From: an uncultured Gammaproteobacteria bacterium
GTDB lineage: Bacteria > Patescibacteriota > Microgenomatia > Levybacterales > GWA1-39-11
NCBI GenBank assembly: GCA_964394645.1
Contig: CAYMYC010000001.1
Span: 117,299 to 181,298, forward strand
Direction: 5' to 3'
Length of the DNA: 64,000 nt
Numbering within the stretch: position 1 is the first letter of the stretch; each line of letters begins with the position of its first letter. Positions 59,168-64,000 of this stretch are shown piece by piece. The translations under genes and the position numbers were made by a program. The notes beneath the pieces are model-generated. The model searched no databases. It worked only from the letters and a program-made list of their open reading frames with translations, and was not told the DNA's origin.

Positions 59168-59538
59168 TGTCCTAGGAAACGAGTAAGCCAGATTCTGTTT
59201 TAGACTATATCTCTCTCGATTCGATAATATGTCGAATTCGGTAGCCTTTTTAGGCTACTGCCTTCAATCTTTGGCACTAAATAATGCGTTTTAGCGTGCC
59301 GTTCGGAAGTTGCAGCAGGTAGGATTGCCCGTTTCACACTCGCTCGTCTCTGTTGCTCTCAAATCTTGTCAATTCAAGATTTGTTTTAAACCCACATGCG
59401 AGTAAAGGTTTAAACACTAGCTGTTACCAGTCGGAAGTTACCTCCCGTCCCCTGCATTATTGCTGTCTGGACTTTCCTCTCCGATACCTATCTCTTACAA
59501 TAAGTTTTGGAGTAATAGTCCTGTTTCCTAGAACAGCC
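59168..59538 (-). ncRNA. rnpB: RNase P RNA (bacterial type), hand-identified
   Basis: On the minus strand: P4 5' strand GAGGAAAGUCCAGAC (fwd 59466-59480), GGUAAC region, P4 3' strand ACAGAAUCUGGCUUAC (fwd 59183-59198), and P1 pairing CUAGGAAAC/GUUUCCUAG closing the ends; ~370 nt. Confidence 0.8.
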
Positions 59539-59562
59539 TATATTATATCATATCATATCTCA

Positions 59563-62433
59563 TCAATTACAAAGTAGTCTATATTCACAGTTAACGCAAA
59601 GGACATTCTTACTACATTGAAAGTTACTTTCCTCTATTTCCTTTATATCCTCAAGTAGATTATTTTCAAATTCATCCAAGTCCTCCTTTTTAAAAGTCAT
59701 TGTTTTTTTTGTATTCCCTTCTAGAAAATGAAGTGTTAACGTAATTTCTTCAGGTTTCTTATCTAGTATTGGATCTTTTACCCGAGTTGCAGCAAGCGCG
59801 TATATTGCCAACTGAAGCCTATGGGATTTTTCAGCTTTTGGATTGTCCTCACCGGTTTTGTAATCAATAATTTCTATTCCGTTATCAGTTTTATCAATTC
59901 TATCTATTTTTCCAAAAATCTTAACCCCATTTTTCAACGTAAAATTAAATGGCATTTCAAGAGCAAGGGGTACTATGGGAGGTTGGCATTCTTTACTATA
60001 AAATTCTTCTAGTAGTCTCTGCCCCTGTGTAAAACGTTCTTTTTCATATGCCTTGCTGTTATATCCATCTGACTGCCATTCACGTTTTAGTAAATCACCT
60101 AGTTCTTGAAGTGAGAGTATATTGCCTTTTTGTACATCTTTGTAGAAATTATATAGCGTGTTATGAATTGAAATACCGAAGCTTTGCACCGCAGCAGGAG
60201 GAGTAGGCAACCCAAGGATTACTTTTGCCTTATAATGAAGTGGGCAAATATCAAACATTTGGAGATTTGAATAAGTAATATAAGTTACATTATATGGATT
60301 TTTAATTTCTATTTTTTCATTTGTATTTTCGTATACTGATAAAACTTCAGTCAGTGAAAGTTGTTGAACACGTTTTGGTAGTTGTTCTTTTTTTGCGAGT
60401 TCAGGTAATGCCTCATAAACAAAAGGAGAAATTTTTTTTGCGCGCTTTCCGGTTCCGTAGTAATCTGCTGCGGTAAGATAAAGGTATTTACGTGCTCTTG
60501 TTATTCCTACATAGAACAGTCTTCTCTCCTCTTGTAGGTGAATATCTTCTTCATTTATTACTTTCTCTTTAATAATTTCTTGGGAGAGGGGAATTTTTTC
60601 AGTTCTTTCGCGGGATGGGAACCTATCACTTACAAGGTTTACCATGAAAACAGCATCAAATTCTAGCCCTTTTGAAGAGTGGACTGTGAGGATATTTACT
60701 GCGTTTAAATCTCTCACGTCAACATCAGCCGCGGTAGGACTATCACCCATAGTTAACATGAGTGAGAGCCATTCTACTAGCGTAAAGATGTTGTTATCTG
60801 TACGCTCTGACTCAAAGTTTTTAATCCGATCAAAAAATTTTGCAATGTTTTGAACACGTCGTTCTTCTTTAACAGAATTTGTAACGGAGAGAGTTTCAAA
60901 TAATGCACTATCGACTAAAAAATAATATAAAATTTGTCCGGCTGAGTCTTTCCTTGCAAGCTCTAAATGACGCAAAACCATATTTTTAAAAGAGTTTAAT
61001 TTTTCCTGAGTTTCCGGTTTTAAAAATGTCTGATTTAATTCGTTGAGTGACTCAAAAAGAGTTAGATTTTTCTTTTTTGCAAAATTTAATAAATAATTAA
61101 GTTCTACCGTTGGAAGTTTAAAAATATCCATTGAAAGTACCCTAAAAAGAGATACAGAGTCAGAAAGATTGGTAAGAAACACGAGGTATGCAATGAGATC
61201 TTTTACTTCTTCCTGTTGAAATAGATACCCTGGACCTAAGAATTGATAGGGGATTTTGTGTCTCTGCAAAGCAGTAGTTATAATTTGAGCATGATTGTTT
61301 GCTCTGACAAGGATTGCTATATCCTTATATGATATATCGTGATTTAATTCCATTATCTTACGGGCAATAGCGTCGGCTTCATCTTCTGAGCGAACTTCAT
61401 GAATAAATTCAATAACTGACCTTTTCGTAGATTTAGTGTGGGATTTAAGCTTTTTATCAATTTTTTCAATAATCTCAAGCCTATTCGGGTTATTATGCTG
61501 AATAAGTGCATATGCAGCATCTAAAATGGTTTGGGTTGAGCGATAGTTATCAATAAGGCTTATAACTGACGCAGTGGGGAAGCTTTTTTTAAACTGAAGA
61601 ACGTTGTTTACAGCTGCACCTCTGAATCTATAAATTGATTGGTCATCATCTGCTACGACTGTTATATTGTGTTCTTTCCCTGCAAGTAAGATGGCTAATT
61701 CATTTTGCGCATAGTTTGTGTCTTGAAATTCATCAACCAATACAAATTTAAATTGGGTTTGGTACCGTTTTAAAATATGAGGTCTTTGCCGAAATAACAA
61801 TAGAGTATTTGATATAAGGTCTGAAAAATCCATGACTGAATTTTCAATTTTTAACTGCTCATATGCCTTGTAGGCATTAGCAAGCTCTTTATACTGTGCA
61901 GTTTCGTCGTTTTTTTCTTTGCTGTTTTTGCTTTGTTTTTCAGCCCATTTAATATAATTTTCAGGAGTTATGTCTTCATCCTTAAGTCTTGCAAAGTGTG
62001 TAAGAAGAGCGTCTAAAAATTTGGTAGGATTTCCCAGTGGTCTGAATATCTTAAGCCTCAAGTTAAAAATATTCTGTCTTACTAAAAGAATCGCTTCTGA
62101 TTCTGAAAGTAGTTTATAGTTTGGATCAAGTCCTATCGCATGCGCATCATCTCTTAGAATTTTGTCACAAAAGGAGTGAAAGGTGTGAATCCATAGGTTC
62201 GTATACCCATAAGGAAGCAGAATATCTACTCTTTCTTGCATTTCATAAGCAGCCTTTTCGGTAAATGTTAATGCTAATACCTGAGATGATGGAATATTCA
62301 AGTCCGAAATAAGGAATCTTATTCTTTCAGTTATAACCGTAGTTTTTCCTGTTCCAGCGCCCGCGATGATAAGAAGAGGACCATTGCCATACTTTACTGC
62401 ATCTTCTTGTTTGGAATTTAGGGTAGTATTCAT
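59563..62433 (-). CDS. UvrD/PcrA-type helicase fused to C-terminal RecB/Cas4-like PD-(D/E)xK nuclease with Cys cluster
   Basis: Walker A AGAGTGKTT; helicase motifs; C-terminal IDYKTGE nuclease motif and CVNCEYRLLC cysteines; 956 aa. Confidence 0.85.
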   Translation of the reverse strand: MNTTLNSKQEDAVKYGNGPLLIIAGAGTGKTTVITERIRFLISDLNIPSSQVLALTFTEKAAYEMQERVDILLPYGYTNLWIHTFHSFCDKILRDDAHAIGLDPNYKLLSESEAILLVRQNIFNLRLKIFRPLGNPTKFLDALLTHFARLKDEDITPENYIKWAEKQSKNSKEKNDETAQYKELANAYKAYEQLKIENSVMDFSDLISNTLLLFRQRPHILKRYQTQFKFVLVDEFQDTNYAQNELAILLAGKEHNITVVADDDQSIYRFRGAAVNNVLQFKKSFPTASVISLIDNYRSTQTILDAAYALIQHNNPNRLEIIEKIDKKLKSHTKSTKRSVIEFIHEVRSEDEADAIARKIMELNHDISYKDIAILVRANNHAQIITTALQRHKIPYQFLGPGYLFQQEEVKDLIAYLVFLTNLSDSVSLFRVLSMDIFKLPTVELNYLLNFAKKKNLTLFESLNELNQTFLKPETQEKLNSFKNMVLRHLELARKDSAGQILYYFLVDSALFETLSVTNSVKEERRVQNIAKFFDRIKNFESERTDNNIFTLVEWLSLMLTMGDSPTAADVDVRDLNAVNILTVHSSKGLEFDAVFMVNLVSDRFPSRERTEKIPLSQEIIKEKVINEEDIHLQEERRLFYVGITRARKYLYLTAADYYGTGKRAKKISPFVYEALPELAKKEQLPKRVQQLSLTEVLSVYENTNEKIEIKNPYNVTYITYSNLQMFDICPLHYKAKVILGLPTPPAAVQSFGISIHNTLYNFYKDVQKGNILSLQELGDLLKREWQSDGYNSKAYEKERFTQGQRLLEEFYSKECQPPIVPLALEMPFNFTLKNGVKIFGKIDRIDKTDNGIEIIDYKTGEDNPKAEKSHRLQLAIYALAATRVKDPILDKKPEEITLTLHFLEGNTKKTMTFKKEDLDEFENNLLEDIKEIEESNFQCSKNVLCVNCEYRLLCN

Positions 62434-62559
62434 ATTAAGTTAAGGCTCTTCTTGCGCTTATACTCACTCATTCATAAAATCTTAAGAAGTAGACCATTGT
62501 AGCATAGGATAAATGCCTTGGATATATAAATAATGGGTATGCTATACTCTTAAAATTCT

Positions 62560-63312
62560 ATGACAGCTACTTCATTTAGTATCTCATTTATAAAAAAAGA
62601 AAAGAACAACGGAAACGCATGGAATTTTTATTTTACAAAACCTAAAGGTGCAAAACACGTAAACCAGAATAGATCTGGTCTCATCAGAAACTCAAAAGAA
62701 TTTACTTACCTTCCGGGTCAGTATGTAAAAATTAATCTTAATATTAAAGATCCAGACGTAAGAGGGGTAAGTAGATACTTTACTCTTTCAAGTAGTGCCC
62801 GCGACAAATATTTGATGGTGACTACTCGTATCATAGAATCTACTTTTAAGTTAACGCTAAACAGCCTTGTGCCGGGACAGGAAGTTCAAGTGAGTGGTCC
62901 TTGGGGAGATTTTACTTTAGACAAAAATGAAACACGTCCTCTTGTTTTTATTGCAGGAGGAATTGGGATAACCCCTTTCCGTTCAATGATTAAATACTTT
63001 TTAAGTAAAAAACATAAAATACCGGATATAACATTATTTGTTTCATACAAAGCAGCACGGGACATTTTATTTAAAAAAGAAATGGATATTGTAGCTAAAA
63101 ACAAGAATATACGGGTATTTACAATCATTTCATCAAAAAATAAAGAGAGGGTAACTGTAGACTTTCTGCAAGAACATCTTGTTTCTTTAGACAAATATGC
63201 GTATTATATTTCAGGTTCTGAAAAAATGGTTTCAGGAATGAAAAGAATGCTGACAAGGGACGCAAAAATTTCTGAGGCAAAAATAAAGACAGATGATTTC
63301 CCGGGGTATTAA
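62560..63312 (+). CDS. FNR-like FAD/NAD(P)-binding oxidoreductase
   Basis: RYFTLSS (RxYS FAD motif) and GGIGITPFRS (NAD-binding) motifs. Confidence 0.65.
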   Translation: MTATSFSISFIKKEKNNGNAWNFYFTKPKGAKHVNQNRSGLIRNSKEFTYLPGQYVKINLNIKDPDVRGVSRYFTLSSSARDKYLMVTTRIIESTFKLTLNSLVPGQEVQVSGPWGDFTLDKNETRPLVFIAGGIGITPFRSMIKYFLSKKHKIPDITLFVSYKAARDILFKKEMDIVAKNKNIRVFTIISSKNKERVTVDFLQEHLVSLDKYAYYISGSEKMVSGMKRMLTRDAKISEAKIKTDDFPGY

Positions 63313-63315
63313 ATA

Positions 63316-63543
63316 ATGATACGTAATAGTAAAAAAATACAAAAAACAAATGTGTTATCCTCAACGGATCTTGAAAGATTTGGCGGCGCGGTAAAGCACA
63401 TAAGACAAGTGTGGGAGCATATGGCAGAGGCAGATGAGGCAGACTTTGAAGAGCGGGAACTATTTGTAGAAATGGCTGCAAAGGTGCTTTTTTTAAGAAG
63501 CAAACTATCAGAACTTGATAAAAATAATGATAGCGTGAATTAG
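63316..63543 (+). CDS. Small hypothetical protein
   Basis: 75-aa ORF abutting the previous gene; acidic/helical; no homology assignable. Confidence 0.3.
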   Translation: MIRNSKKIQKTNVLSSTDLERFGGAVKHIRQVWEHMAEADEADFEERELFVEMAAKVLFLRSKLSELDKNNDSVN

Positions 63544-64000
63544 TCACCTGGTAAAAGCTTTTCTTCTTCGTGTTTAATTTTTCCGGCAGATTTAATTTTA
63601 ATACCCAATTTTTCATAGCCGGTTGCGACATTCCCTAGCATGTTATAAGAGTTTGTAATATGTTTTCCTAGAACATCTATTCCTTCTCCTACTTTTTCAT
63701 AATCTTTCTGAATGGACCTTATTCCTGCTAGGATTTCTTTTGCTTGTTCTGTTATTTTTTGCCCTTCAAAACCTATTAAAATAGAGCGTAGATACGCGTA
63801 AAATGTCATGGGGGAAACTGGAAGCACCCGTTTATGGGATGCGTAGTCATAGAGTGTTGAGTTATTTACTATCTCGTAATAAATTGCTTCTGAGGGTATA
63901 TACATAAGCGCATAATCTATAGTCCCTTCATTTGTTAGGATATATTTGGAGGAAATAGAATCTATATGTTTTCTAACATCAGATATGAATTCTTTCTCAT
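63540..64000 (-). CDS. rmuC: DNA recombination protein RmuC (C-terminal part; N-terminus beyond window end)
   Basis: Frame stays open to the window edge; C-terminal RmuC-like sequence (MYIPSEAIYYEI...). Confidence 0.6.
   Translation of the reverse strand, partial: EKEFISDVRKHIDSISSKYILTNEGTIDYALMYIPSEAIYYEIVNNSTLYDYASHKRVLPVSPMTFYAYLRSILIGFEGQKITEQAKEILAGIRSIQKDYEKVGEGIDVLGKHITNSYNMLGNVATGYEKLGIKIKSAGKIKHEEEKLLPGD

Noticed and set aside
63125-63631. 168-aa minus ORF overlapping the end of the FNR-like gene and the small ORF
   Set aside because: Antisense overlap with a motif-bearing oxidoreductase gene; product low complexity.
1-64000. CRISPR arrays or cas genes
   Set aside because: No short direct-repeat/spacer arrays seen anywhere in the window; the only long repeats are the two inverted-repeat pairs at 41.9-49.0 kb.

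Overview
This AT-rich window (about one third GC by eye) contains a nearly complete bacterial core translation/transcription gene cluster plus several accessory regions. Core genes on the + strand: rpoB (5' partial), rpoC, rpsL, rpsG, then an inserted MBL hydrolase/cyclophilin/M24 peptidase trio, fusA, tuf, and rpsJ through secY, adk, map, infA, rpsM, rpsK, rpsD, rpoA, rplQ, rplM and rpsI. On the - strand sit recX-recA, and a hand-folded RNase P RNA (rnpB) lies in a spacer that looks intergenic. Several lines of evidence point to a CPR/Patescibacteria-type small genome: L30 is absent between rpsE and rplO; rpmJ is relocated between rplX and rplE; rpsN is the Zn-ribbon type; Lys/Glu-rich extensions decorate L3, L4, L23, L22 and L17; three NMP-kinase-fold genes are stacked between secY and map; and the transketolase is split. 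The most unusual locus is at 41.88-48.99 kb. A tRNA-Pro(GGG) is followed immediately by a large serine recombinase gene bracketed by nearly identical (1 mismatch + 1-nt indel) ~103-bp inverted repeats (IR1); the gene runs antisense through the tRNA. The inner IR1 arm abuts, via a shared 4-nt GTCG core, a second 61-bp inverted-repeat pair (IR2). IR2 brackets a 5.3-kb cargo: ABC exporter, two hypothetical proteins, a Nudix hydrolase, an MBL-fold protein and a ~580-bp GC-rich, hairpin-dense noncoding stretch. The junction arithmetic fits a tRNA-integrated element with attL, attR and a retained inverted attP-like site, or two abutting TIR-bounded units, or an invertible-segment system. Other points of interest: strong terminator-like hairpins placed 8-25 nt upstream of rpsJ, rplC, rplQ and fusA; a 315-nt structured spacer inside the S10 operon; a dockerin-like S8 protease next to a cohesin-like anchored protein; and an HD-nucleotidase/P-loop kinase/deaminase salvage cluster.
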